From NCBI RefSeq assembly GCF_009914755.1, contig NC_060944.1: a stretch of DNA of 64,000 nucleotides; one strand, given 5' to 3'. Positions 1-12,598 of this stretch are shown in pieces. The stretch comes from the human T2T-CHM13v2.0 reference genome, Homo sapiens. Made by a program: the position numbers and the translations under genes. A model generated the notes under the pieces. That model searched no databases and was not told where the DNA came from. It was given only the letters and a program-made list of their open reading frames with translations. Numbering within the stretch: the first letter of the stretch is position 1; each line of letters opens with the position of its first letter.

Positions 1-1957
1 GAATGTGGCCTAGCTCCTGGGCAGACCATAAAACTTAAGACTGATGGAACGGCCCAGGGGCTCAGAGGGCATCACCCATTCAACCCTTCCAGGTATGAAT
101 GAGGAAACTGAGGCCTAGAAAGGGGGAGGCCTTTTTCAAGGACACACAGTGAGTGGTGCCTGTCTTTTCCATCTTTGAAGGTGATGGTGTCTTGGGATAT
201 AGTGAGCAGGCTGGTCTTAGGAGCCAGACATGTGGCTGTTGTGATATTATGGCGCTAGGGTCCAATACATGTTTTACGGGGTGCCCCCATGGCAGAGGGG
301 TGGCCAGGCCAGCCCAAGAGTGGCTATCAGCAATGGCTTCTGGAAGGAGGACAGCACAGGAGTTGAATGGGCATGAACGGTGTGGAAGAGAGAAAGCAGG
401 GAGTTTCAGGTGGAGACACAGCTGCTGCAGAGGTCTGGATGAGGTGTGGGGGAGAGTGTGATCTGGGCAGGGGGCTTGGAAAGGCAGAAGAGGGGATGGG
501 CGCGTGATGGGTGGGAGGCAGCCTGGACTGTTGGGCTGGCAGGCGGCAGATGCTCAAGTGAATGTTGTGGCCAAGAATTAAAACTTTTCCCCAGTGGAGG
601 GGATGGGACTTGATGGAGAGTGACTTGGGGAGAGCCACGCAGAGGCCTTACCCATCATGGTCCCCACTGACCCTGCACTGCCTGAGCCAACTGATGCTCA
701 GTCAATGGTTGTGGAATAAATGAGTGAACGAATGAGGGAAGGGAAGATGGTGCTGAAGAGGAGGCCTCCAGCTGCACTGTGGCGGGTGGGTGGGAGCAGG
801 GACGAGCCCACAGGCTCTGATGAAACTGGCTTTTGGTTGGGGGTTTTATCCTTCTGAGCCAGACTGTGGGTCCCTACCTTCCCTCCTGTCACTGGAGAGG
901 TCCATGGGCCTGGCTTCGATGAGACTCTGGGGACGTGGGGAGTGCCGGTGGGTGAGACCAGCCGAGAGCACGTACATTGGCATCCCCCACAGCAGAAGCC
1001 CAGAGAAAGGCCTCAAAGTCGCGAGCCCAATCAGATGAGGTCCTGGCCCTGCCCCTTGGATGGCCTCATCTCATTACACCTTGACCCACTTCCCAGCCCA
1101 GCTCCCTCCAGCCCCAGGCAGCGTCTGCAGCCCTCTTTGAACCATTCCCCCTCACAGCGCCAAATGAAAATGTTTGTTGAAAACAACATGTGCATAATTA
1201 AAGCTTAATGAGCGCTTGTCTGTTTGGAATGTGCAATTAGATTTACAATCGGGGATGGGAGAGAGCTCCAAATGGCTTTAAATGGAGCTGAGAGAGAGGA
1301 TAATTTTTGCCATAAATCTGCAGTAATGCAGACGGTGTGTGAGCTACCAGTGGCAGTACCAGGGAAGGAAGAAATACAGGCCTGCCAGGCCTCCATGCTA
1401 TCTATGTTAGGGGGCTGCCCTGCCCATCAGGCCCGGCCCTCTGGGCAGCTGCAGCTGGTGAGTGTACTGGGATGGGACTCACTGGTGGTCCTGGGGGCAG
1501 AGCTGCCCTAGGTTGGAGCTGGAGTTCCTGCCTGCAGCTTATGAGATCTGCGATCCAGCCAACTGTGAGGGGCTGAGGGGCTGGTGCTGAGTCCAGCTGC
1601 CCAGGTCCCCAGGATCCCATGGCTGGGGCGAGATTCCTGCGTCATCACCACGTTCACCCCCAGCCTGCAAACTGGCTTCAGGGCAGAGCCCTAGACTGGG
1701 ATGTGGCCCTCTACTTTGTTCTCTGCTGTTTCCCAGTACCCAGAGCGTACATAGTTAAGGCCTCAGTTAACATTTGTTGGATGAATGAATGCCTCGTTAC
1801 CAGACTCTTGCCTTCAACAGGTCACTCTCCCTCTGCAAACCCCATTTCTCCCATATCTATCACAGAGAAATGGATTCGGCTACTGCTGATGATGTCAGCT
1901 CTTCCGTCTCTGGGGTTCTGGGTCAGGAGCAGATAATGACTAGGGCAGTGTCTAGAC

Positions 1958-2298
1958 CAGCACCATCCAGTAGAAATACAATGCAGGCCACATACATGAT
2001 TTTAAGTTTTCTAATAGCCATGTTCAGAAAAAGTGAAAAGAAACAGGTGACATTAATTGTAATACTTTAGTTAACCCAGTATATCCCAAATATTAATATT
2101 ATTCCAATACATCATCAATATACAAATATTGACAAGGTATTTTGCATTCCTTTTTGTTGTCATCGTCATCATTCTTGCTCTGAAGTCTTTGAGATTCAGT
2201 GTGGACTTTATACTTACCCACATCTCAGTTTGGACTAGGCACAATTCAAGTGCTCAGAAGCCACGTGTGGTAAGCGGCCACCATTCTAGATGGTAGAG
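1958..2298 (+). mobile_element. MER33 (hAT-Charlie MITE), full length
   Basis: Matches the recalled MER33 consensus; 8-bp TSD GTCTAGAC (1950-1957) / GTCTAGAA (2299-2306), the typical Charlie NTCTAGAN target. Confidence 0.85.
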
Positions 2299-2779
2299 GT
2301 CTAGAAAGAGCACAGTTAGAGCGAGGTAGGTGGGAGGGGGCAATGATTCCCACCTCCCAGAGGAGCCCAGGTACCTGGCAGCCCTCACCTGTGGTGCTAT
2401 AGTGACCACTGCCATTTTTACACTACCCCTCGATGCCTTTTATTGACTGAAATAGGTGGCACCATCCAAGCCAACTCTTGTTGGGGGTGGGGACAAGGGT
2501 CCTGAAGGGGCCCACAGCACTGAGCTTGCTTACAAGGGACATTCCCAGCTCCTGCGGCAGGCAGTGCCCAAGGCGTTGTCCTTGCTTCTGATAGTTAAGG
2601 TCCCAGGCCTATAGTCATGAGGTCACCTTCTCTGGTTCACGTGGCTTGGAGGCAGTGGGGGTGGGAAGCCAGGATGTACTCTTAGGAGTCAGCAGCCTGG
2701 ACTTCAGACTCAGCTCAGGCAGGTCTTGGCTGTGTGGCCTTAGGCAGATCCCCTAAACTTTCCGGGCCTCTGTGATGGG

Positions 2780-3050
2780 GAGGATTTATCACCAGGCAGA
2801 ATACGAATGTGCGTTGTGCCCAGCAAAGCAGGCACACCAATCAGGAGAAAAACATTTTTGAAGAATTGTTAATATCTGATATTTTAGGAACAAAGCATGA
2901 AAATCATCGTTGTTGGGAAAAATCGGCCCTGGCAGTTGGACTTTCTTATAAAGACTTTAATTTGCAAATTTTATTTCAAATTACATACAGTGGGCACAGG
3001 CATCGAGGGTCTTTTCCATGATTAAGACCTCAGAGATTTGCACAAAGCCC
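2780..3050. mobile_element. Probable old DNA-transposon fragment splitting a MIR
   Basis: AT-rich insert between two MIR halves (~2680-2775 and ~3050-3125); family not recognised. Confidence 0.35.
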
Positions 3051-3130
3051 CACTCAGTTTCTTCATCTACAGAAGAGAGGTAGTTATAGCAACTGGCAGG
3101 ATTCTTAGGAGGATTCAATAATAAAATAAG

Positions 3131-3355
3131 AAATAGCTAACAATGATTGAGTGCCTTCTCTAGGTAGGCAATGTTCTAAGCACTTTCCGTATATTTATTT
3201 AATCCAAATGATAGTCATACCCATTTTGCAGATGAGAAAACTGAGACACAGTAATGTAGTTTAAAAAAAAAAAAAACCAACAGCTTGAAAGCAACAAGCC
3301 CAGGATTTGAACCCTGGCAGCCAGACCAGGGCCTGTGTTTGTATCCACTGTGCCA
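3131..3355 (-). mobile_element. MIR
   Basis: Core cccattttgcagatgagaaaactgagacacag ... ggatttgaaccc. Confidence 0.75.
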
Positions 3356-5642
3356 TCATGTTTCTCCAAGTGGTGATGGACCTGGAGTTGGTGTACAGGG
3401 CCCGGGTCAGGCTGAGACTGAGGCTTCCCAGGCCGTGCTCTATTCCTGTTCCTCTTCCATCTGTGCCGGGCTCTCTGCCTGCACCCCTCCCCCGGCATCT
3501 TCCTGGCCCTGATGTGTATTTCCCCATGAGACTTCCACATAAAACCGCACTCTCGGCAGGACCTAGGTTGCAGCTGTCTCTCTCTTTAGAGCTGTGTTTT
3601 ATCTGTGCAGAATGAGCGTTCTCACCGCCCAATGTGGGGCAGGCGGGAGCAGTGTGTGCTGCTTTGATTGTTTCCTCTTTAGATCTTGGTGAGGCTCAGC
3701 TCTCAGTGCCTGTGACTGGCTAGGCTGAGGGCTGTGCATCCCTAGGCTTTGATCTGTGTCTCTGTGCAGAGGGGAGGAGCAACAGCTTCTACAGAACAGC
3801 TGCTGCTTTGGTACCTGGGATCAAGGCCAAGTTCAGACTTCCTGGGTGGCTTTGGACAAGTTCCCAACCACTCTGAGCCTTACCTTGCTCATCTTGACAG
3901 TGGGGCTGCTGCTCATGGAAGCCTTGGGATTTCTAGGGGGTTCCAGTGAGATGGCTGGTCACAGCTCTGGGATAAGGGCTGGTATACAGTAGGTGCTCTT
4001 TGGCCAGTGCTCACAGCAGCCTTGGATGTCATATTCCCTGCTCCTTGCCTAGTCACCTCCTTTGCTTCCTACATCATGGAGCCTCCAAGTCACTTTTTCA
4101 GGATGCTTCTCTGGAAAGACCCTCTGCCTTGCTTCTGCTCCCCTTGGCTAACCTTATCCTGGCCTTTGTCACATGTGTCAAAGAAGAAGGCATCATTCAA
4201 TATCGAAAGCAAGAAGCTGAATTCATTGGTATACTTCGCAAGGGTAGTCTCCCCAAATCAAGCAAGAGGCTGATCTTTTCAGGGTTTGGGGAAGCATGGG
4301 GTCCTGGGATAGGAGGACTTTCAGAGCAGGAGGTTCTGAGACTGGCTGGCTGTCTCCGTGGTGGACATGTGGCTATTGGGAGTAAGACTATTGATTGACT
4401 GACTTTCAGAGGTGGGGCTGTAAAGCTCCCAGTGACAAATGAGGATGAGCTTTAAGCTGGTTTGGGGATTCATTGTTTGCAGCTTGGGACTGTGGTCAAA
4501 GAACATCTTTTCCTTTGTAGATTTGGAGAATAGGAAGGTTTTATTCTCCCTCCATAGCTGTCATCTTCTCCAAAGGACTGGGGGTTCCTTGAAGGCAGGG
4601 GCCGTGTCATCATCATTCTGGCATGCCTGGCACCTAGCACACTCCCTGTCACATAGTAAGCACGCACAAGAGATCGTTCAATGAACAGTGATTGTTGCCT
4701 CCAAGTCCCTTTGCTTTTCTCTCTTTTCAGTGCCTTTGTGATGATCTATTTGCATAGATTTCCCAAGGGGCAGTGGCAAAATTCACTTGTAGATTCCCCA
4801 GTGGCTGGGAGCATATTCCTCAGCACGAGATATGTGCCTGGTACACGATACAACAAAGGCACTGCCTGGTCTCATTTCGCCTCAGCACATTTGAATGAGA
4901 TCTTAGACCCAGGACCAAGAGTGGGAGCAAATGGGTAGAAGACATGGGAGGGACAGGGTCAAGGTGAAGAGGCTGACCTTGAACAGGAGAGAGATACCTT
5001 TTCAGACTAAAGGAAAGGAAGTCAAGATGAGCATGATGTAAATAACGTAGGGGAGGTTGGGAGAATTGAGGGAATATCTGATGGCTTCAATTCCTCAGTG
5101 ACAGAGGAGACAATGTCATCTGCTAGACTGAGGGAGATGGGGGCTGATAAGGGGATAGGAGTTGATATATCATAACAATGATAATAGGTAACATTTATTA
5201 AGCACCTGTCAAAAATAGTTAATATCTGTAACATAATGCTTAATAATGCTAACTCATAGCTGATGTCTGATAACAGATACCAAGAACCTTATGAGGTAGG
5301 AATGTAGCTGTCATAATTGTTGTTTTATAGGTGAGGAAAGGAAGGCAAAGTGAAGTTAAAGTCACTGAGCTCGTAAGTAGTGGAACCAGTCGTCAGATCA
5401 ATGCTGTTACCCAGTATGTTACACTGCACATAGGAGTTGAATTAAGTCCAAAGCTGATTTTAGATGGAAGCTTTTGGTTAGGTCCAAGAATATGGGTTTA
5501 TAAAAGCAAGCAAGACAGTGTTAAGGTTGGAGTTTGTAGCCAGAAATAAAGAAGGGCCTAGGAAGAGGTAGATTTCGGTGGATAGAGAAAGGGAGAGTGT
5601 TCCAGGCTCATGGTGGGACGATGTGTAAGAGTGGGGGCACTT

Positions 5643-5935
5643 GCTGGGTGTGGTGGCTCATGCCTGTAATCCCAGCACTTTGGGAGGCCGAGGCAGGCAG
5701 GTCACTTGAGAGCAGGAGTTCGAGATCAGCCTGGTCAACGTGGTGAAACCCCGTCTCTAAAAATACAAATTTAGCCAGGCTTGGTGGTGCATGCCTGTAA
5801 TCCCAGCTACTCAGGAGGCTGAGGCAGCAGAATCACTTGAACCTGGGAGGTGGAGGTTGCAGTGAACTGAGATCATGCCATTTCACTCCAGCCTGGGCGA
5901 CAGAGCAAAACTCTGTCTCAAAAAAAAAAAAAAAA
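5643..5935 (+). mobile_element. AluS
   Basis: Full dimer with polyA; TSD agtgggggcact on both sides. Confidence 0.95.
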
Positions 5936-6569
5936 AGTGGGGGCACTGGAGGCTCCCACTATGCTGAGGACCCACGGGAACTGAGACTTGGGGCTGCCCT
6001 GGAGGGTCCTGGATATAGGCTAAGTGATGTGGAGTCTCTGCAGGGTTTGGATCTGAGGAGTGAAGCGATTGCCCAAATATCGCTAGTGATAGCCAAGGTG
6101 TACGATGGATTGTGTGACACGGACCCACCAACACCAACATGGGTTTGTGGTGCCTGTGTGTGCCCCTACGCTGTGCATACCACATGCACTGTATACCTTT
6201 GTGTTCACACTCAGCATACTCTTAGGGAAGCTCAGCAGAAGGATGTTGCAGGTGATTGGATCAGAGGGATGTAGATGGCAGGGAGACCAGAGTCACCCCA
6301 GGGGTACTGACTGTGGGACTGTGTGGAAGGTGACAGTTTCTGTTAAGACAGGGGAGTGCTGGAGAAACAGCAAGTCCATGTACATGTTATGAGTTCAGTG
6401 CTGGAGGTGTTGAATTTGAGGTGCTCATGGGCAAATGGGGGAGATAGGGAGAAAACTATATATTAGAATCTGGAGGTAATTTGGCTAAAGATGAGGATTT
6501 GAGAATTGGTGATGTTGCAACCGTGAGTAGCCATGACATTTTCCAGAGAAAGTGTGAATCGAGTGAGAA

Positions 6570-6865
6570 GGAAATGCCAGACCCACATTGCTATGCGCCT
6601 ATCCATTCCACCCAACCACTCAACCCATTTTACCCACCCGGGAACCCACACGTCCAGGCATCTATCCACGCATCCCCAACACCCATCTCACCCATCCATG
6701 TTCATCTCGTCCACCATCCCAATACTCTTCCCATACACTTGTCTGTTCACACTCATGCAGCCATCCCTTTTCACCTATCCATTCATCCACTCCTCCCTCT
6801 CATCCCAGCCATCCCATCCATACATCCCAACCACCCATCTATTTGTCCATCCACCCATCTCATTA
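6570..6865 (+). repeat. Degenerate (CCAT)n low-complexity tract, continuing at ~7230-7400
   Basis: Recurrent catcc/ccac units. Confidence 0.8.
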
Positions 6866-6871
6866 ATAAAC

Positions 6872-7218
6872 CATTCATTAATAATCATTTTATATTGATT
6901 ACATGTTGAAATCATGTTATGAATATGTTGAGTTAAACTTAATTTTGATGATATATTTTATTTATCTGTTAATATTTTTAAACAGTGGCTACTACATTTA
7001 AAAATAATGAAAAGAGTATAATTGGATTGTCTGCAACACAAGGGATAAATGCTTGAGGGGATGGAAACCCATTCTCCATGATGTGATTATTACACTTTGC
7101 ATGCCTGTGTTGGAACATCTCATGTACCCCATAAAAAAAACTGTGGCTACTAGAAAATGTAAAATTACATATGTGGGTCACATTTGTAACTTTTATTATA
7201 TTTCTGTTGGACAGTGCT
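6872..7218 (-). mobile_element. MER33 fragment interrupted by an L1 3' fragment
   Basis: Reverse complement of the MER33 5' half ending tttctgttggacagtgct; split at 6995-7137. Confidence 0.8.
6995..7140 (+). mobile_element. L1MA1-3-type 3'UTR fragment with 15-bp TSD
   Basis: Colinear with 19650-19785; TSD aaacagtggctacta (6980-6994) / aaactgtggctacta (7138-7152). Confidence 0.85.
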
Positions 7219-10200
7219 AATGTGTACAATCCCTCACCCATCTATTCATTCACCCGTCCGTCATCTGCCGATCATCCGTCTATCCATCACCCATCTATCA
7301 ATCATCTATCCACCCATCCATTCGTCCACCCATCTGCCCATCCATCCATCCCATCCTTTACTCCTTCCTCCTTTCCATCCATTCATCTACCCACTTATCA
7401 CATCTGTTTACCCCACAAATATTTTATTTATACCTGTCATGAATCAGTGACTCTGTGGTCATAAGAATGAGAAAACTGAGGCTTAAAGCAGTTAAGCAAT
7501 TTGCCCAAGGTGGCACAGATGGACCTGGGATCTGACTGTCTAAGATCAGGGCTCCTCACCTTGGCTGCCTATTTGCTAAGTTTCCTTAAAAAATCCTTTG
7601 GGGAAGCATGGTGTGCTTAGGTTGGGGGCTGGCTGTTGGAATAGGGGCCGAGGAGCTCTTTTCCCTGAGGGGACCACACAGGGAAAGGAGAGGTAGGGGA
7701 GAGACAGATGCCTTAGAAGCCCCTGTAAGCTGTGTCCCCGGTGGCCGTCATGAAAGGGTTATCCCTACACATTCGATATTTGCAAAAATGTGGGTTCTTT
7801 CAGATTCCAAAACTCATTTCCATGACAAAACTCTTGGGAAGAGAAGATGAAGGCCTGGCTTTTGCAGAACAATCTTCCAGCTGTAATGAGGACTGAAGAT
7901 GGCAATGGGAAAAGGAATTATAATTAGAATATGAAATGGGGAAAATTAATCTATTCCAGTCACTGGTAAGAGGATGTTCTCCTGGCGTTCATGGAAATTC
8001 TTAAGCTGTTGTTTCTCCCTGCATTTTTTTCTCACATTTTAAAGCATAGGGAAGGCTGTGTGGTATGAAAAAAAGATTTTTGACCAAGGAACTGATAAAC
8101 TGTGAAATATGCATAGAATTGAAGTTCATGTGCATCTTTGCTTTGTATGTCTCTGTATGCACATTCAGTATATGTTTGTGTTCACATTTGTGTGAGTTAC
8201 ATTTAAATGGCTGCAGATGCATGGAATGTTTGTACACATATGGGCACACCCTGCTTTCCTTGTGTGCGTGCTGTGGTTATTGTGTGCCCAGTTGTATAAA
8301 GGTCTCTGACATGTGCACACTCATGCCTGTGCTGTGTGTGCGTTGGTTGGTGTTACCCATGGACATGATACATGAGTGAGCTGAACGCTGCCGTGTTGAA
8401 CGCTGTGCTGCATGACCTGGGTCCACACAAACATGGGTTTGTGGTGTGTGTGTGTGCTGCCCATGCTGTGCACACGGTGTACATCATATACCTTTGTGTT
8501 CACACAGTGTATGCACTGCGGTGGGTGTAGATGTGGGTGTTTTTGATCTTGTCTGTGCACATGTGGAGGAGGAAGTAGCCCTGCTGTGTCTGAGGGCAGA
8601 GGTGACTTTGTGACCTCTCCCCTTGGCTTCCAAGTTCATTTAGCCAGAAAAGGTCCCAAATGAGGAGGGGGCTGCAGGGGTAAGCCCCAGGCCTTAGAGT
8701 ACTGGAAGCCAAGCCAGAGGGAGCCTGGGAACCCTCAGTGTCCCCCAACTATTCCTTCATGCCCTCCAAGGGCTCCGATGTGGTGGAACCCTGGCAGAGG
8801 TGGGCAAAGAACAGGCCTCCCCGCCCACTCAGGGCCTCTGCTCACTGCTGCTCCGCAGCTGGTTCTGAGCCCAGCAGGCTCCAGGGCACTGTGCAAGGTG
8901 CCCAAGGGTAACTGAACTGAGGAGACTCAGGCCCTGCCTCGGGAACCTCTGCCAGCTTCTCAAGTGCCCCTTGAAAGCCAGAAGCAAGCTTTACTACAGC
9001 ACGTGGCAGCTCTTTCCTAGACATTGGTTGAATAAAGGAGTGAATGAATAAGACAGGCTCTGGTGACCTCATGGGAATCCACTGCCCACCCCCTTGCCTG
9101 CCCCTAACACACTCGTGTCGGAGACCAGGCCCCCTTGCCCTACATCTCCAGTACCATTCCCACTGCTCTCTGTGGATAATTCCTCCCTCTCCTGAACCTC
9201 TAACACACTTATCAAGCACCTGTTATGCGCCAGGCCCAAGGCAGACTATTGATTATATAGTAGGCTCTAGAAAAGCATTGGTCCCTGCTGTGAATGCACT
9301 TGCAGCTAGTGGGAGAGTCCAAGCAGAAAAAATCCAACAAGGGACTCTTAAATCCCATCTCTCCCCAGCTGTGTGATCTTGGACAACTGCTTATCCTCTC
9401 TCTATCTGTTTGCTTGGTTTTAGCAGGGAAAAGAATATTTTCTTCATTGGATCATCGTGAGGATTAAATGAGGTCTTTTATGTAAAGCATTTTGCTCAGT
9501 ACCAGGAATATTCATTCTGTCACCAAATATTTATTGATTGTCTACTGTGCTTATCGGGGAATGAAGCAGATGTTGGCCCCTGCCTTGCAGTGGCTCTGTT
9601 CTCACCAGCATTTAATAAATGGTGACCATTCAAAGGTTTTTTGGACATCTTTCCCTCTGTTTCTCATGCATATTCCTATACCATACTGTTCGATTACTAT
9701 TGCTTTATAAAATGTTTCAAACACTTCATTAAACTTAATGTTCCTCCATCTCCAATTATTCTTCCTATTAGGGTCTACTTATAAGTTACATGTGATTTTT
9801 AAAAAATTTTACTTTTGTCAAAATGATCAATGGCCATGGTCACACATCAAGTCAAGTACCCAGGAGCTTTTGCTGAGAGCGCCCCCACCCTGCCTAATTT
9901 ATAGCCCCATCCCTAATGCCAGGCTCTGGGAGATTTGGAGATGACCAGACACAGTTCCAGCCTCCATGTTGCTTCCACTCTGGGACAGATGACAAATGTG
10001 GAGACAGTCTATGTTATAAGAGCAACAGCCAGAGGAGATGCGAGCATGGCAGGCCTCCTGGAGGAGGTAGCCTCTGAGCAGGGTCTTGCAGCATGAGCTC
10101 TGTGTGCAGTGTGGTGGATGGAGTCCTGCATTTGGGGTCAGTGCCCAAACTCTAGGCATGGAAGAACCTTTTTTTAAATCATCCAGTAGTCACCAAGGGA

Positions 10201-10307
10201 CTCTCCCCGTCCCTGTGCTGGGGAGGCTCTTTGGTGTAACCATCAACCCAACTGCCTAGATGGGAAGATAGGCCTGGTCAGAGGTGATCTGCATGTGGTA
10301 GTGACTG

Positions 10308-10655
10308 CTTTATTTACTTATTCAACAAACATTTATTGAGTACCTTCTCTGTGCCAGGCACTGTTCTAGGAGCTTGGGAGACATCAAGGTACAGATAGAC
10401 AAAGATCCCTGATCCCTGGGAGCCTCCATTTTAGTAAGAGGAATCTAATCATAAGCAATGAATATAGTAAATATAGAGAATGCTAGAAGGTAACAGGGAC
10501 TTCGGAACAAAGACCAAGGGAAGGCGGGGCGAGGGCGCGTCGAAAATGGTGGTAGAAAGGGTGGTGGGCTCTCAGCCCACAGGGGCTGGGGCTGGCATCT
10601 GAGCCAGTTATCAAGCAAAGCTTCTCTGAGTGAAGGCGGCTGGGTAAACAGACAT
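10308..10655 (-). mobile_element. L2 3' end
   Basis: ttattcaacaaacatttattgagtaccttctctgtgccaggcactgttctagg signature. Confidence 0.75.
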
Positions 10656-10659
10656 TTCA

Positions 10660-11205
10660 CATGGTTGTGGGCGTGTGGATTTCTACGGCCTCCGTGAGGG
10701 CAGCTGGGTGATGTCTGTCTAAATTACAAATGCACATACAGTTGGATCCAGCAATTACACAAATGAATCCTACAGATAAACTCACACCTATGCTCAATAA
10801 CAGATGCACAAAAATATTTATGGGAGCAATATTGGGATAGCAGAAAACTAGAAACAATGCAACTACCCATGTGCTCAGCTAGTTGAATATATGTGTTATA
10901 TCCACACTGTGGAATACTGGGTACAGAAAAAAGAACTATGTTCTGATATAAAACATTTTCTAAGATGTGTTGCTAAGAGAAAAATAAAGTGCAAAACTGT
11001 ATAGCATGCTGTCATGAATAGAATAAATGACTCTAAAATGTGTATATGTAGACAGTCTTTGAAATGATATAAAAAAGCTGGTAGACGTTGCCTCTGGAGA
11101 GGGGCAGTGGATGGCTGGGAGGTGGGGTGGTGTTGCTTTTTGTACTCTTGGAATTTTGAACCATGTGAATATATCTTAATAAATAAATGGTTCAATTAAA
11201 ATAAA
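10660..11205 (+). mobile_element. Old L1ME-type 3' end
   Basis: gatccagcaatt...tatatccacactgtggaatact...tttgaaccatgtgaatatat motifs. Confidence 0.7.
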
Positions 11206-11210
11206 ATGGC

Positions 11211-11666
11211 TGTTTGCTATTGGTGCCCCACTCAGAACCCTTTACTGACCAGCACAGACATCTCCCACCTGCCTTGAGCACAAGCTGCCTGCAAATGGCT
11301 CACAGCCAGTATAGTTCTCTGAAGACTTGTGCTTGGTCAATTGGGGGCCACCTTGCTCAGAAGGTTATGTCTCCCCATGTCCCCTAAGGGCAGCCCATGG
11401 CCTATGACTTCCTTACCTGGGCTACAACAGCCACCCCTTGCTTCGTGTTGGTACTAACTCTGCATACAATTCATGCCCCAGAGTTCCCCATCAGAGCAGG
11501 CTGAAAGAAGTCTTCAGGCAAGACCACATCCTTGCTTAGCTGTACCCACTCCTGTCCGGCTTGCCTCCCACACTTACAGGTTATTCCCAAGGAGTACTTT
11601 CTTAATAGCCACATGCATCTGAACCCTTGCCTCAGGCTCTCCTTCTAGGGAACCCTATCTAAGATA
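11211..11666 (+). mobile_element. LTR16-like ERVL solo LTR
   Basis: End motif ctcaggctctccttctagggaaccctatctaagata; internal gctcacagc and cagcccatggcc motifs. Confidence 0.65.
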
Positions 11667-12532
11667 CCTAGCTTAAGGGAAGGGAACTAACTGGAATTAA
11701 GTCCTCTCCATATTAATGTGTTGAGTCAAGTGCTCTACAGTGCAACATCCTATGAGGAGGGGCCTACAGGCACCATCCCCATTTAACAGATGAGGAATCT
11801 CAGAAGTTGAGGCACCAACTTGAGATCACACTTCAGGGCAAAGAGGGAGGCGGGGGTCCCAGAGCCCACATCTCTTCCCCTGCACCTGCTCCTGACTTTT
11901 TAGGCAGATTTACAGGGAAATCTTCCTGAATCCAGACTTAGCAGCTTCTCTGCACACAGGATATAGTTCCTGTACATGGTCTCTACCATAGTCCTCACTG
12001 CCTGTAGCCAGGCGTGGCCCTAGGGGCTGGGATGGCATAGGTGATGGGCCAAAACCACTCAGGATGGCAGGACCCGGAGGGCATGTCTGGGGAAGGCTGT
12101 CATGATCCCAAGGCTCTGGTGTTCTTGGCCTCCCCCAGCACATGGGATTCCAGCTCTAGCTGATCACCTGATATAATTTTGATCAAGGGAGGTGTTTGCA
12201 TACTTCCAAGGATGGGCAGCTCAGCACATGGCAAGGCAGCCTGTTGTGTCTATGGACAAGTTATAGAGGGCAGAAAGGTTTTCCTATTTGCATTGTAAGT
12301 GTGATTAACAGCATGAACCTGAGCACTCAAGGGCCGTGGAACAGGGGCTGCTCCTTCCACCCTAGAGGTAGCCCTGCTGAAATGGGGCTTTGGGCATCCT
12401 GGGCTCTGATTTGCCTTCTGCAGCTCCCACAGTCCCCTGCAGTCAGTCCCCTGCCCTCCTCCGGCTGCTTCTCCTGGTGCCTTCCTGAGAGCATTTTAAT
12501 CAGAGCTGCTTCTCCCTCTCTCTCTATTCTAG

Positions 12533-12598
12533 TTTGATGGTGACAGTGCCTACGTGGGGATGAGTGACGGAAACCCAGAGCTCCTGTCAACCAGCCAG
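12533..12598 (+). CDS. TOX2: TOX2 internal coding exon (exon 2), 66 nt, FDGDSAYVGMSDGNPELLSTSQ
   Basis: Pyrimidine tract plus AG at 12531-12532 (tctccctctctctctattctag), donor CAG/GTGGGT at 12599. The 22 codons match the recalled TOX2 N-terminus and join in frame to the exon at 45692. In-frame ATG at 12560. Confidence 0.96.

Noticed and set aside
6481-7464. His/Pro/Ser/Ile-rich ORFs
   Set aside because: Produced by the (CCAT)n low-complexity tract, which is poor in stop codons
10520-10545. CpG/GC-box patch ggcggggcgagggcgcgtcg as an alternative promoter
   Set aside because: Only ~25 nt, embedded in an L2, with no CpG island or other promoter evidence
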